Origin: Octopus sinensis
Lineage: Eukaryota
Assembly: GCF_006345805.1 (NCBI RefSeq)
Contig: NC_043020.1
Coordinates: 25,854,001 to 25,918,000, forward strand
Length of the DNA: 64,000 bases
Direction of reading: 5' to 3'
The notes beneath the pieces are model-generated. The model worked only from the letters and a program-made list of their open reading frames with translations. It was not told the DNA's origin and made no database searches. This document shows positions 37,836-52,000 of the stretch, in pieces; position 1 is the first letter of the stretch, and the number at the start of each line of letters is the position of its first letter. The translations under genes were made by a program, and so were the position numbers.

Positions 37836-40502
37836 CAAATTTGCTTCCATTTCTTGCCGAGTGTCTTCCCGACTCCTAGGGCAAAGAAACTCATCGTATA
37901 CATTGGTAGGCCATTAAACTAAACTCACTAGTTCGTTCATTTTTTTTTTTTAAGTTAAATTAAAATACATGGGGAGTAATAGTTCTCACAGCGACAATGC
38001 TGTTCTCAATACGTGTGATGTACCAGTTAAGACTATCTTTTGCACTTCTTGCAGGGATGGTAAGCCATGGATCATTCTCATGTAATTTTCGGTTCCCTTC
38101 TTGATCATTCCTAGTGCTCCTACGATCACTGGTATTGTAACCGCCTTGAGATGCCACATTTTCTCAATTTCAATGAGCAGGTCTTTATATTTTCTGAGCT
38201 TGTCAAACTCTTTCGCCGAGATATTATGATCACAGGGGATGCTCATGTCGATCAATAAGCAAACTTTATTGTTTTTGTCTTGCACAACAATATCTGGTTT
38301 ATTGGTTTTCATGGTTCGGTCTGTATGTACTGGAAAGTCCCACAGAATCGTTACATTTTCTCCTTCATTTACAGCTTCAGGGTGGTGATTATACCATTTG
38401 TCGGCAGGTTTGATATTGTAATGCCGACTTATTAGCCAGTGTAGATATTGGCCAACTCTGTCATGATTTAATTTATACTCCACTGGTGCTAAGACTTTAC
38501 ATCCAGAGATTAGGTGGTCCACTGTTTCAATCATGTCATTGCAGAATCGGCATTTTGGGTCTGCTCCATTTTTCATCACATTGGCCTGGTAGTTCTGGGT
38601 TAATAGGCTTTGATCTTGAGCAGCCAGGATGAAACATTCGCTCTCTGCTTTTAGCCCTGAGCTCCGTAGCCACTGATGGGTTTGCTTCTGGTCAACATCT
38701 GCTTGTTTGCTACGGGCCACATATTTGCCGTGCAGAGGTTTCTCCTCCCACATATCAGCCAATTGCTCGTGCGCTTTTTTCATTGCCATCATTTTCACCT
38801 TCTTTGCAACAATAGTTGCCGTACTTCCCTCGGGTTGTTCAGTTTGGGTATCCTACACGAGATCAATAGCAAATTTTTTGCTTTCCTTTATGATAGAATG
38901 AAGCTTCTTTCGTCTCTCGTGATTTTCATTATTTCAAGATATTTGGCCAGTCCAATTGTGGTTGTTTTGTAAGCTAGTTCAAACTGGATCAGGCCTCGAC
39001 CTCCTTGGGCTCTGGGAAGGTAAAGGCGATCTACGTCTGCCTTTGGGTGGTGCATCCTATTACAACTCAGCAGCTTGCGTATTTTCCTGTCTATATTCTT
39101 TACTTCACTCGTATTCCAGTTCAACACATCGTAGCTACAAGTAACAACTGGAACTGCTAAGGAATTTATAGCTAACACCTTGTTACGTGCATTTAGTTCA
39201 GATTTCAGGACTGCACGAACTCTCCTATAACATTCCTTCCTGATCTTCTCTTTCATGCTTGCATGCTGAATACCAGAGCCTTCATTTATCCCTAAATATT
39301 TGTATGTTTGTTCTTGCTCAAGCTCTCTTATGACTGTGTCAACATCTAACACGACTGAATTTGTGGTCTTCACTTTCCCTTTCTGGAAAGTAGCCTTGGC
39401 ACACTTCTCAGTCCAAACTCCCATCCCGATGTCATCGCTGAATGCTTTCACAGTGCACAATAGGCCTTCAAGTTCATTATTGTCTTTACTATAAAGTTTT
39501 AAGTCATCCTATAAAATAGATGGCTTATTTTTTTATTGGCAATTTTATATCCATACCCTGTTCTGTTTACTTCACTTGTAAGGGGTATTAGGGATGCAGA
39601 ATATTAAAGGTGAAAGTGAGTCACCTTGAAAAATTTCACAGTTGATGTTTATATTTTCTGAGGCAGTACTCCATTAGAGTGGTATAATTGGAGATTCGTA
39701 TTCCACAACGACATATTGTGCTTCAGGAAGCTTGAAATCACAGGGAAATTTTGAAGATATCCAGCGATCTCAAGATCCATGGATGCGGTATACTGTCGAA
39801 GGCCTTTTTATAGTCAATCCATGCGGTGCTGAGGTTTCTGCGTCTGCGCTTGTTGTGACAGTTCTCAAGGATCATACGATTATTAGCAGTTGATCTTTGC
39901 ATCCGTAAGAGCCTCGGCGGCACCCTTTTTGTTCAATGGGGAAAATATCGTTCTTCTCCATGAATGCATATGTTTTCTCCGCCAGGATAGATGTTAGGAT
40001 TTTATACGTGGTGGATGACAGGTTATAGGCCGATAGTTTTTTGGAAGGTTGGTTTCGTTATTCTTTGAGAGTAGGTAAGTATACCACTTGCTAACCATTC
40101 AGCCATTCAGGTTTTTCTCTGGGTCTCTCATAATTCCATTGAGCAGCTGAACTAGCTTAACGTGTGCGCATAGGAGCGATGCGAGCCAGAAATTCGCACC
40201 CTATCTTTACCGGGGGATTTCCAATTATATGTCTTCGTGAGTGCCTTTCTTAGGTCTGCTATTGTGATGTCTTCCCATGCTTGTTGTTGTAAATTCTGGT
40301 AGGATCCTTCAGTTTGTATGATCCAGTCTGCATTTGTGTTGTACGTCTTCTTGTCACTCCAAATCCTTTTCCAAATGTTTTGAACTTCTTCCATGGGAGG
40401 GGGGGTCTTTAACGGTTACTTTCTCCTTCCCTATTTCTCTGTAGAATTTTTTGGCATTGGATGTAAACTGCCTATTTTGCTTGTAAAATTTGTTTCTCTT
40501 CT
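37836..40502 (-). mobile_element. R4/Dong-clade non-LTR retrotransposon, subfamily 1, copy A (5'-truncated, frameshifted)
   Basis: RT fragments, CCHC knuckle CRFC...HLISGC, REL motif KPDIVV...LIDMSIP; 3' end abuts (AAC/AAT)n. Confidence 0.9.
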
Positions 40503-40540
40503 TCTTCTTCTTCTTATTATTATTATTATTATTATTATTA

Positions 40541-40586
<46 letters not shown>

Positions 40587-40614
40587 TCATTATTATTATT
40601 TTTTTTTCTTCTTT

Positions 40615-43296
40615 CAAATTTGCTTCCATTTCTTTCCGAGTGTCTTCCCGACTCCTAGGGCAAAGAAACTCATCGTATACATTGGTAGGCCATTAAACCA
40701 AACTCATAGTTCGTTCATTTTTTTTTTTTTTTTTTTAAGTTAAATTAAATACATGAGCAGCAACAATTCTCACATCGACAATGCTCTTCTCAATACGTGT
40801 GATGTACCAGTTAAGACAATCTTTTGCACTTCTTGCAGGATGGTAAGCCAGGGATCATTCTCATATAATTTTCGGTTCCCTTCTTGATCATTCCTAGTGC
40901 TCCTACGATCACTGGTATTGTAACCGCCTTGAGATGCCACATTTTCTCAATTTCAATGAGCAGGTCTTTATATTTTCTGAGCTTGTCAAACTCTTTCGCT
41001 GAGATATTATGATCACAGGGGATGCTCATGTCGATCAATAAGCAAACTTTATTGTTTTGGTCTTTCACAACAATATCTGGTTTATTGGCCTTGATGGTTC
41101 GGTCTGTATGTACTGGAAAGTCCCACAGAATCGTTACATTTTCTCCTTCAGTTACAGCCTCAGGGTGGTGATTATACACTTGTCGGCAGTTTTGATATTG
41201 TAATGCCGATTATTAGCCAGTGTAGATATTGGCCAACTCTGTCATGTCTTAATTTATACTCCACTGGTGCTAAGACTTTACATCCAGAGATTAGATGGTC
41301 CACTGTTTCAATCATGTCGTTGCAGAATCGGCATTTTGGGTCTGCTCATTTTTCATCACATTGGCCTGGTAATTCCGGGTTAATAGGCTTTGATCTTGAG
41401 CAGCCAGGATGAAACATTCGCTCTCTGCTTTTAGCCCTGAGCTCCGTAGCCACTGATGGGTTTGCTTCTGGTCAACATCAGCTTGTTTGCTGCGGGTCAC
41501 ATATTTGTCGTGCAGGGGTTTCTCCTCCCACATATCAGCCAATTGCTCGTGCGCTTTTTTCGTTGCCATCATTTTCACCTTCTTTGCAACAATAGTTGCC
41601 GTACTTCCCTCGGTTTGTTCAGTTTGGGTATCCTGCACGAGATCAATAGCAAATTGTTTGCTTTCCTTTATGATAGAATGAAGCTTCTTTCGCCTCTCAT
41701 GATTTTCCACGAGCTTTAGCATCCAGTCATTCGATATTTCGAGATATTTGGCCAGTCCAATTGTGGTTGTTTTGTAAGCTAGTTCAAACTGGATCAGGCC
41801 TCGACCTCCTTGGGCTCTGGGAAGGTAAAGGCGATCTACGTCTGCCTTTGGGTGGTGCATCCTATTACAACTCAGCAGCTTGCGTATTTTCCTGTCTATA
41901 TTCTTTACTTCACTCGTATTCCAGTTCAACACATTGTAGCTACAAGTAACAACTGGAACTGCTAAGGAATTTATAGCTAACACCTTGTTACGTGCATTTA
42001 GTTCAGATTTCAGGACTGCACGAACTCTCCTATAACATTCCTTCCTGATCTTCTCTTTCATGCTTGCATGCTGAATACCAGAGCCTTCATTTATCCTTAA
42101 TATTTGTATGTTTGTTCTTGCTCAAGCTCTCTTATGACTGTGTCAACATCTAACACGACTGAATTTGTGGTCTTCACTTTCCCTTCTGGAAAGTAGCCTT
42201 GGCACACTCTCAAGTCCAAACTCCATCCCGATGTCATCGCTGAATGCTTTCACAGTGCACAATAGGCCTTCAAGTTCATTATTGTCTTTACTATAAAGTT
42301 TTAAGTCATCCATATAAAATAGATGGCTTATTTTTTTATTGGCAATTTTATATCCATACCCTGTTCTGTTTACTTCACTTGTAAGGGGTATTAGGGCTAT
42401 GCAGAATTTTAAAGGTGAAAGTGAGTCACGTTGAAAAATTCCACAGTTGATGTTTATATTTTCTGAGGCAAGTACTCCATTAGAGTGGTATAATTGGAGA
42501 TTCGTATTCCACAACGACATATTGTGCTTCAGGAAGCTTGAAATCACAGGGGAAATTTTGAAGATGTCCAGCGATCTCAAGATCCATGGATGCGGTATAC
42601 TGTCGAAGGCCTTTTTATAGTCAATCCATGCGGAGCTGAGATTCTGCGCTTGTTGTGACAGTTCTCAAGATCATACGATTAATTAGCAGTTGATCTTTGC
42701 ATCCGTAAGAGCCTCGGCGGCAACCTTTTTGTTCAATGGGGAAAATATCGTTCTTCTCCATGAATGCATATGTTTTCTCCGCCAGGATAGATGTTAGGAT
42801 TTTATACGTGGTGGATAGACAGGTTATAGGCCGATAGTTTTTTGGAAGGTTGGTTTCGTTATTCTTTGGGAGTAGGTAAGTAATACCACTTGCTAACCAT
42901 TCAGGTGTTTTCTCTGGGTCTCTCATAATTCCATTGAGCAGCTGAACTAGCTTACCGTGTGCGCATAGGAGCGATGCGAGCCAGAAATTCGCACCCTATC
43001 TTTACCGGGGGATTTCCAATTATATGTCTTCGTGAGTGCCTTTCTTAGGTCTGCTATTGTGATGTCTTCCCATGCTTGTTGTTGTAAATTCTGGTAGGAT
43101 CCTTCAGTTTGTATGATCCAGTCTGCATTTGTGTTGTACGTCTTCTTGTCACTCCAAATCCTTTTCCAAATGTTTTGAACTTCTTCCATGGGAGGGGGGG
43201 TCTTTACGGTTACTTTCTCCTTCCCTATTTCTCTGTAGAATTTTTTGGCATTGGATGTAAACTGCCTATTTTGCTTGTAAAATTTGTTTCTCTTCT
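40615..43296 (-). mobile_element. R4/Dong-clade copy, chimera of copy B (3' part) and copy A (5' part)
   Basis: same 5' truncation point as A; 3' SNPs and indel state match B. Confidence 0.88.
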
Positions 43297-43308
43297 TCTT
43301 CTTCTTCT

Positions 43309-43367
<59 letters not shown>

Positions 43368-43394
43368 CTTTATTATTATTTTTTTTTCTTCTTT

Positions 43395-46300
43395 CAATTT
43401 GCTTCCATTTCTTTCATTTCTTGCCGAGTGTCTTCCCGACTCCTAGGGCAAAGAAACTCATCGTATACATTGGTAGGCCATTAAACCAAACTCAATAGTT
43501 CGTTCATTTTTTTTTTTTTTTTTTAAGTTAAATTAAAATACATGAGCAGCAACAATTCTCACATCGACAATGCTCTTCTCAATACGTGTGATGTACCAGT
43601 TAAGACATCTTTTGCACTTCTTGCAGGGATGGTAAGCCAGGGATCATTCTCATATAATTTTCGGTTCCCTTCTTGATCATTCCTAGTGCTCCTACGATCA
43701 CTGGTATTGTAACCGCCTTGAGATGCCACATTTTCTCAATTTCAATGAGCAGGTCTTTATATTTTCTGAGCTTGTCAAACTCTTTCGCTGAGATATTATG
43801 ATCACAGGGGATGCTCATGTCGATCAATAAGCAAACTTTATTGTTTTGGTCTTTCACAACAATATCTGGTTTATTAGCCTTGATGGTTCGGTCTGTATGT
43901 ACTGGAAAGTCCCACAGAATCGTTACATTTTCTCCTTCAGTTACAGCCTCAGGGTGGTGATTATACCACTTGTCGGCAGTTTTGATATTGTAATGCCGAA
44001 TTATTAGCCAGTGTAGATATGGGCCAACTCTGTCATGTCTTAATTTATACTCCACTGGTGCAAAGACTTTACATCCAGAGATTAGATGGTCCACTGTTTC
44101 AATCATGTCGTTGCAGAATCGGCATTTTGGGTCTGCTCCATTTTTCATCACATTGGCCTGGTAGTTCCGGGTTAATAGGCTTTGATCTTGAGCAGCCAGG
44201 ATGAAACATTCGCTCTCTGCTTTTAGCCCTGAGCTCCGTAGCCACTGATGGGTTTGCTTCTGGTCAACATCAGCTTGTTTGCTGCGGGTCACATATTTGT
44301 CGTGCAGGGGTTTCTCCTCCCACATATCAGCCAATTGCTCGTGCGCTTTTTTCGTTGCCATCATTTTCACCTTCTTTGCAACAATAGTTGCCGTACTTCC
44401 CTCGGTTTGTTCAGTTTGGGTATCCTGCACGAGATCAATAGCAAATTTTTTGCTTTCCTTTATGATAGAATGAAGCTTCTTTCGCCTCTCATGATTTTCC
44501 ACGAGCTTTAGCATCCAGTCATTCGATATTTCGAGATATTTGGCCAGTCCAATTGTGGTTGTTTTGTAAGCTAGTTCAAACTGGATCAGGCCTCGACCTC
44601 CTTGGGCTCTGGGAAGGTAAAGGCGATCTACGTCTGCCTTTGGGTGGTGCATCCTATTACAACTCAGCAGCTTGCGTATTTTCCTGTCTATTCTTTACTT
44701 ACTTCACTCGTATTCCAGTTCAACACATTGTAGCTACAAGTAACAACTGGAACTGCTAAGGAATTTATAGCTAACAACACCTTGTTACGTGCATTTAGTT
44801 CAGATTTCAGGACTGCACGAACTCTCCTATAACATTCCTTCCTGATCTTCTCTTTCATGCTTGCATGCTGAATACCAGAGCCTTCATTTATCCCTAAATA
44901 TTTGTATGTTTGTTCTTGCTCAAGCTCTCTTATGACTGTGTCAACATCTAACACGACTGAATTTGTGGTCTTCACTTTCCCTTTCTGGAAAGTAGCCTTG
45001 GCACACTTCTCAAGTCCAAACTCCATCCCGATGTCATCGCTGAATGCTTTCACAGTGCACAATAGGCCTTCAAGTTCATTATTGTCTTTACTATAAAGTT
45101 TTAAGTCATCCATATAAAATAGATGGCTTATTTTTTTATTGGCAATTTTATATCCATACCCTGTTCTGTTTACTTCACTTGTAAGGGGTATTAGGGCTAT
45201 GCAGAATATTAAAGGTGAAAGTGAGTCACCTTGAAAAATTTCACAGTTGATGTTTATATTTTCTGAGGCAAGTACTCCATTAGAAGGGTATAATTGGAGA
45301 TTCGTATTCCATAACGACATATTGTGCTTCAGGAAGTTTGAAATCACAGGGAAATTTTGAAGATGTCCAGCGATCTCAAGATCCATGGATGCGGTATACT
45401 GTCGAAGGCCTTTTTATAGTCAATCCATGCGGTGCTGAGATTTCTGCTGCGCTTGTTGTGACAGTTCTCAAGGATCATACGATTGATTAGCAGTTGATCT
45501 TTGCATCCGTAAGAGCCTCGGCGGCACCCTTTTTGTTCAATGGGGAAAATATCGTTCTTCTCCATGAATGCATATGTTTTCTCCGCCAGGATAGATGTTA
45601 GGATTTTATACGTGGTGGATAGACAGGTTATAGGCCGATAGTTTTTTGGAAGGTTGGTTTCGTTATTCTTTGGGAGTAGGTAAGTAATGCCACTTGCATT
45701 CAGGTGTTTTCTTTGGGTCTCTCATAATTCCATTGAGCTGCTGAACTAGCTTACCGTGTGCGCATGAGCGCGATGCGAGCCAGAAATTCGGCACCCTATC
45801 TTTACCGGGGGATTTCCAATTATGGGCCTTCGTGAGTGCCTTTCTTAGGTCTGTTATTGTGATGTCTTCCCATGCTTGTTGTAAATTTTGGTAGGATCCT
45901 TCAGTTTGTATGATCCAGTCTGCATTTATGTTGTACGTCTTCTTGTCACTCCAAATACTTTTCCAAAAGTTTTGAACTTCTTCCATGGGAGGGGGGTCTT
46001 TAACGGTTACTTTCTCCTTCCCTATTTCTCCGTAGAATTTTTTGGCATTGGATGTGAACAGCTTATTTTGCTTGTAAAACTTGTTTCTCTTCTCTTCTCA
46101 ATCTTCGTATTCTTTGGGCTTTTGCTTGGACTTTTTGTTTCAGCTTTCTTTTATTGATATCAGTTCTTCTCTTGGTGAGGATCTAAATTTTCTCTCTTCA
46201 TCTTTCTTCCTGTTCTGGATCTTACATCATTTCCACATATTAGTTCATTTAATATTGATATTTCCCCTCTCATAAATTCAATCTCTTTTTCAATTTTACT

Positions 46301-47330
46301 TCTCCAGGTTTGATTTCTTCCCAGGTTTTTTTTTTCTTTTGTTTTTTCGGGGCATACAGCTGGTTTCAATTGCCCTAGCAGAAGCGTAAATAATTTCATT
46401 TAACTCAGTAAAATCAGGTTTTAATTCTCGTATTATTTCATTTGTTACATAGTTGCCAATTTGGATTTGTTTTTTATTTTGGTTTGTATTTGAGAGTTTA
46501 TGAAGTGGTTCTCTATCATTCATACTTGTATGTCTTACAACTTCAAGTGTATTCAGGATTTTCTGCCTCATTTCTGCCATAGACTCTCTCTGTGTTCTTC
46601 AGCAATGCGAGATCTTCAGTTACTGTTGTTCTTTTTCGTTTTCCTGGCTATCTTTAACAGGTACAATAGAATTTCTTGTATCTTCAGGCCTTTGCGTACT
46701 TTGGTCAGATGGCAGTCTTTCAATTAAGCCTCGTGGCGGGCTATACTGTTCATCTGATTCTTCATTTCCTTTGTGTCTTATATTTATGTCATTTTCCGTT
46801 GCGTGATTGATCGCGCTTATTTCACTGTCTGTGAGTCTGTTATTTCTAAGGATATCCCTCCTCACATTTGCTAATTTGTTCTCGTCCAAATAGGGCCTAC
46901 TGTCTTGATTCCGTGTTCTCCATATACTGTAAGAGTTTGCGGTGTGGCCTACCTAATGAGATGGCCTACCTAATGCATAGTAATAAGCGTATATTACTGC
47001 TTTATACTCTTCTCGGGTCCATTTGTTCCGCTTACATTTTTCTTTCTGTGGTGGTTGTGGTGGTGAACTTGGAGGGCTCGAGTTGGAGGATTTCCCGTTC
47101 AAGTGACCATCCATGTCCGTATTCGGAGAAGAGTTTGTGCCAGTTGATGACTTTTCGGTCCCAGGCTGGCTCTTCCCTGGGGACGCGCTTCCAGATTAAC
47201 CATAGACAAGCGATTTGGTATACTGATTTAGTTTTCCTTTAGTTTCCAAAAACATTTTGGTGCTACGATAATGTTATCATTTTTTAGCTTTGGTTGGCTC
47301 GTGGGAGACGGCCATCATTGCTGTTACAAT
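43395..47330 (-). mobile_element. R4/Dong-clade subfamily 1, copy B (near full length, several frameshifts)
   Basis: N-terminal KRNKWTREEY and DENKLANVRRDIL; RT FQGDSLSPL and YMDDLKLY; CCHC and REL domain in ORF 43600-44652. Confidence 0.9.
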
Positions 47331-47852
47331 TATAATCGTACCATTATAGCAGCCGTAGTCGGCTTATTATTGTTATTATCATCACCATTATTATCACTAT
47401 CATCATTATCACCCACCATTACCATCATCATTATATCATCATCACCATCACCATCACCACCATCATCATCAATGATATTGTTTTATGTGTAGTCACAGCA
47501 GTATCTTATTATTGTTATTTATGTTTTTTTTTCCTTATCACCATCACAGTAGTGTCTGTCTGTCTCGTTGGCTGGCTTGGTGGTTGGTTGGCTGACTGTC
47601 TTCAATGCCAGAGTTCTTGCCTGTCAAATAATTCTTTCATATTTGGTTAACAATAGAGGTGAGGTTTGTGTTGGTTGAACTCTTTGAGTGTGTGTGTGTG
47701 TAGATAGATAGATAGATAGATTATCAGCACTATTACTATTATTATTATCATCATCACCATCATCACCATCACCACCAGTGATATTTTTTTTTTTTAGGTG
47801 GGGTAAAAAAAAGTTCAGATGTTTACTACTATTAGCCTTAAGAACAATTAAG

Positions 47853-48752
47853 GAAGGGCTGTTCTGTATTGTTTGTGAATAGAGAAGTTGTGTTCGACCA
47901 GAGAGAATCTTAGCATCATCATTTTTTTTTTCCATGTGCGTTTGTGTTATTGCAATAAAAAGTGTTTGTATATTTCGTGTAAGGTAATATTGTGGAGGTT
48001 GAAGTTGACTTTTCTAGAGATGTTTGTATGTCCAGTTAGAAGAACAGGTGTGTTTTTGCAATAAAAAGTATATGTTTACATTTATATTTGAATATTCTGG
48101 GAGGAAGCAAAGAAAAGTCAGATTTTCATAGAAAGTTTTAGGGTTTTGTAAGTCCACAAAAAGAAAAGCGTGATGTTTTTAGAGAGAAGGAAAAAAAAGG
48201 ATGTTTACAGAGGCAATTGTGGGTATCAAAGTTTTTAAAGCTGGTCGAATGTATGATTGAAAACTGTAGATATGTAAATTTGTAAATTTTCTTAACTTAT
48301 TTTGAAGGGCTGTTCTGTATTATTCGTGAATAGAGAAGCTGTGTTCGACCAGAGAGAATCTTAGCATCATTATTTTTTCCATGTGCGTTTGTGTTATTGC
48401 AATAAAAAGTGTTTGTATATTTCGTGCAAGGTAATATTGTGGAGATTGAAGTTGACCCCTCTAGAGATGTTTGTATGTCCAGTTAGAAGAACAGGTGTGT
48501 TTTTGCAATAAAAAGTATGTTTACATTTATATTTGAATATTCTGGGAGGAAGCAAAGAAAAGTCAGATTTTCATAGAAAGTTTTAGGGTTTTGCAAGTCG
48601 ACAAAAAGAAAAGCGTGATGTTTTTAGAGAGAAGAAAAAAAAAGGGTGCTTACAGAGGCAGTTGTGGGTATTAAAGTTTTTAAAGCCGATCGGATGTATG
48701 TTTGAAAGCTGCAGATATGTAAATTTGTTAATTTCTTAACCCACTTTGAAGA
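47853..48752 (+). repeat. Tandem dimer of a 451-bp unit
   Basis: gaagggctgttctgtatt at 47853 and 48304; colinear throughout with scattered substitutions. Confidence 0.9.
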
Positions 48753-48915
48753 GAATTTCAAATACTCACGAGGTATTGTAGATGTTCCAGTCTTTGAGAG
48801 TTATTTTTCACCGTTGCTAAACTGGCCTATATTAGTGTTTCTATGGCTTTCGGCCACCGAACTGTCAGAGCAGTGAGGAACACGTCCAGCCGCTGTCAAG
48901 GCTGGTGCTCAACTC

Positions 48916-48953
<38 letters not shown>

Positions 48954-49047
48954 TAGTTTTATTTTTATAGCGTGCTTTCACTTCACTACCGAGCACAGCT
49001 CTGTGTGCCTTGGGTATGTGCTGTGATTTGTTGTGATGCTCTGATGA

Positions 49048-52000
49048 TTATTGTATGGAAAGTGCTCTGCGTAGGATGTGTGCAGTGCCTAGTAGTGCAA
49101 TTTTCTGTATGTTATATGTGTTTGTAAGTCCTGGTGTTTTTGTTATGTATTTGTCTGAATATTTTTTTATGATGCCTAATGCACCTACTATGATAGGAAT
49201 TGTTTCTGTTTTCAGATTCCACATTCTAGTTACCTCTATTTCCAGGTCTTTGTATTTTGAGAGTTTCTCCATTTCTTTTAGAGACACGTTGTTATCAGCC
49301 GGTATTGATACATCAATTAGAAAGCATTTTTTTTCTTCATGATCTCTGACAACTATATCTGGTCTGTTGGCCTTAATTTCTCTATCTGTGTGTATCGGCA
49401 TATCCCAGAGTATGGTTGCTTTCTCGTTTTCTGTGACCTTTTCTGGTGTGTGCCTATACCATCTTTTTTCTGTTGTTATTCCATAATGTTGGCATAGCTT
49501 CCAATGTATGTAGGTTCCAACTCTGTCATGTCTGTGAATATATTCCTTCTTAGCCAAGACTGGGCAGCTAGAGATATGATTTATTGTTTCTTGTCCATCT
49601 CCACATATTCTGCAGTTACTTGTAATATTTCTTTTCATTACATGTTTTTGGTAATTTCTGGTGGGGAGGCTTTGGTCTTGTGCTGCAATTAAAAATCCCT
49701 CTGTTTCTGCTTTGAGTCCTGAGCTTCTCAACCATTGCTGGGATTTTTCTTTGTCTATTTCTTTTGCGTTTAGTTTAGTCCAGTATTTACCATGGAGGGG
49801 CTTTTCTTGCCATCGTTTTATCATGGTTCGTTGCTGTTCTATTTTTAGTTTGGATTTCATTTGTTTTATAGCTTTTGTTGTTTCTTCATCTTCTTCTTCA
49901 TCTTCATGTTTATTAGGTGGTATGATTTCTTGTTTGTATTTGTCAGCTTCCTTAAATACTGAGAACAGTTTTTTGTTTTGCTCGTGTTTTGCCGCTATCT
50001 GGATCAGTTTTCCTTCCTTCTGAAGTAGATATTTTTGCAGTCCTATGGTGGTTATTTTATAGTAGTTTTCCAGCTGTATAAGGCCTCTACCACCTTCTAT
50101 ACGTTGTATATATAGTCTTTCTATGTCAGATTTTGGGTGATGCATCCTAGATCCTGTCATTATTTTTCTTGTTTTCCTATCTATTTTGGTCAGTTCATTT
50201 CGTGTCCAGTTAAGGATATTGTAGCTGTAACTTATAACTGGGACAGCTAAAGTGTTGATACCTATTATCTTGTTTTTAGTATTGAGCTCTGTGTTTAGTA
50301 TTGATCTAACTCGTCTATAATATTCTTTTTTTATTTTCTCTTTCATTTGTGTGTGTTGTGTCTTATCTAGTTCATGGATTCCTAAGTATTTGTAAGTTTG
50401 GCTTTGGTCTAATTCTTTTATTTCATTGGTTTTATCTAGTGTGATGTTGTTACTCTTAACTAGTTTTCCTCTTTTCAGGGTTACTTTGGCGCATTTTTCT
50501 AATCCAAATTTCATATCTATTTCTTTGGTAAATCCATGAACTGTCTTTAATAGTGTTTCCAGCTGTTTGTCATTTGCAGCGTATAGTTTTAGGTCATCCA
50601 TATATAAAAGGTGGCTGATCGTTTTGCCGTAACATTTATATCCGCATCCAGTTCTATTTAGCATATAAGATAGAGGTGACAGTGCCAAGCAGAAAAGGAG
50701 TGGAGAGAGCGTGTCTCCCTGGAATATTCCTCTTCTAATGGGGATGTATTTGGTTTTCATGAGTCCCTCTTTTGTTTGGAGGTGTAGGACTGTTTGCCAT
50801 TTATTCATAGAGTGCTCTATGAATTTTATGATTGTTGGTGCTACTTTGTTAATGGCTAGTGTTTCGAGGATCCATGTGTGGGGGATGCTATCAAACGCCT
50901 TTTTGTAGTCAATCCAGGCCATACTGAGGCCTTTCTTCTTTCTGTGGCTGTCTTCAGTTATGGCTTTATTAATCATTAGTTGATCTTTACAGCCATATGA
51001 GCCTTTGCGGCATCCTTTCTGCTCTTCTGGGAACAGTTTGTTTTCGTCCAGGTGCTTGTTCAGCCTTTGTGATATCACTGCAGTAAATGCCTTGAACATA
51101 GTAGGGAGGCAGGTTATTGGTCTGTAGTTTTCTGGTTTTTCTGTTTCATTTGATTTGGGAATTAAGATGGTTTTCCCCTTCGTGAGCCATTCAGGCATTG
51201 TCTCTGGCTCTGCTAGTACTTTGTTAAAGTTTTCAGCCAGCTTTTTGTGCATTCCTGTTAGATATTTCAACCAGAAGTTGGGGATCTTGTCATGCCCAGG
51301 TGCCTTCCAGTTGCTTAGTCTTTGCAGTGCCTGGGTGACCTCTTCAGTTGTTATGGGGGTCCAAAGTTGTTCAGATGCCGAGTTTGTTATTCTGATACTC
51401 CTTTTTTTTGGTGGTTCGTTCGCCGACCATATTTCTCCCCAGAATTCTTCCAATTCTTCTGCCGTTGGTGCTGCAGTGACTTCTATTTTATTTTTTCCCA
51501 GTTCTTGGTAGAACTTTTGGGGGTTAGAGTTGAACTTTTTGTTTTCTTCAAAGAAGCGTTGGCGTTTCTTGTACCGGCGGATCCTTTGTGCTTTGGCAAG
51601 TATATCTTGCTTCAGCTTTTCTTTTATTTCAGGCAAATCTTTCTCTGTGATGTTATATTTGCGGAGTATTTTTGTTCTCTTTTTGTTGCTCAGTAGCGTT
51701 GATTGTTTGCTGATTTCATTAAGAATCGACAGGTCTTTTCTAATTTTTTTTATTTTGCTTTGGATGTTATTTATCCACAGGGTTTGTTTGGGTGGTGGTA
51801 CTCCTGTTTGGGCGGGTTTGGGTAAGTATCCAGCTTCTTTTGTGGCTGCAGTGGCTGCTGCGTATATTAGGTTATTTAGCTCAGTGATATCACTTTTTTT
51901 TTATTTAGTGGCTATCAGTTCAGTGACGGCTAGGTTTATGCTGTTTATAATAGGTGTTGTTATTTTGTTTATTTTGATTCTTGGGAGGTATGGTCGGTGG

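Noticed and set aside
49041-49075. CTGATGA...GAAA on the plus strand at the R4 ORF end
   Set aside because: No stem II or stem III pairing; it lies antisense across the coding end, so it is a chance match.
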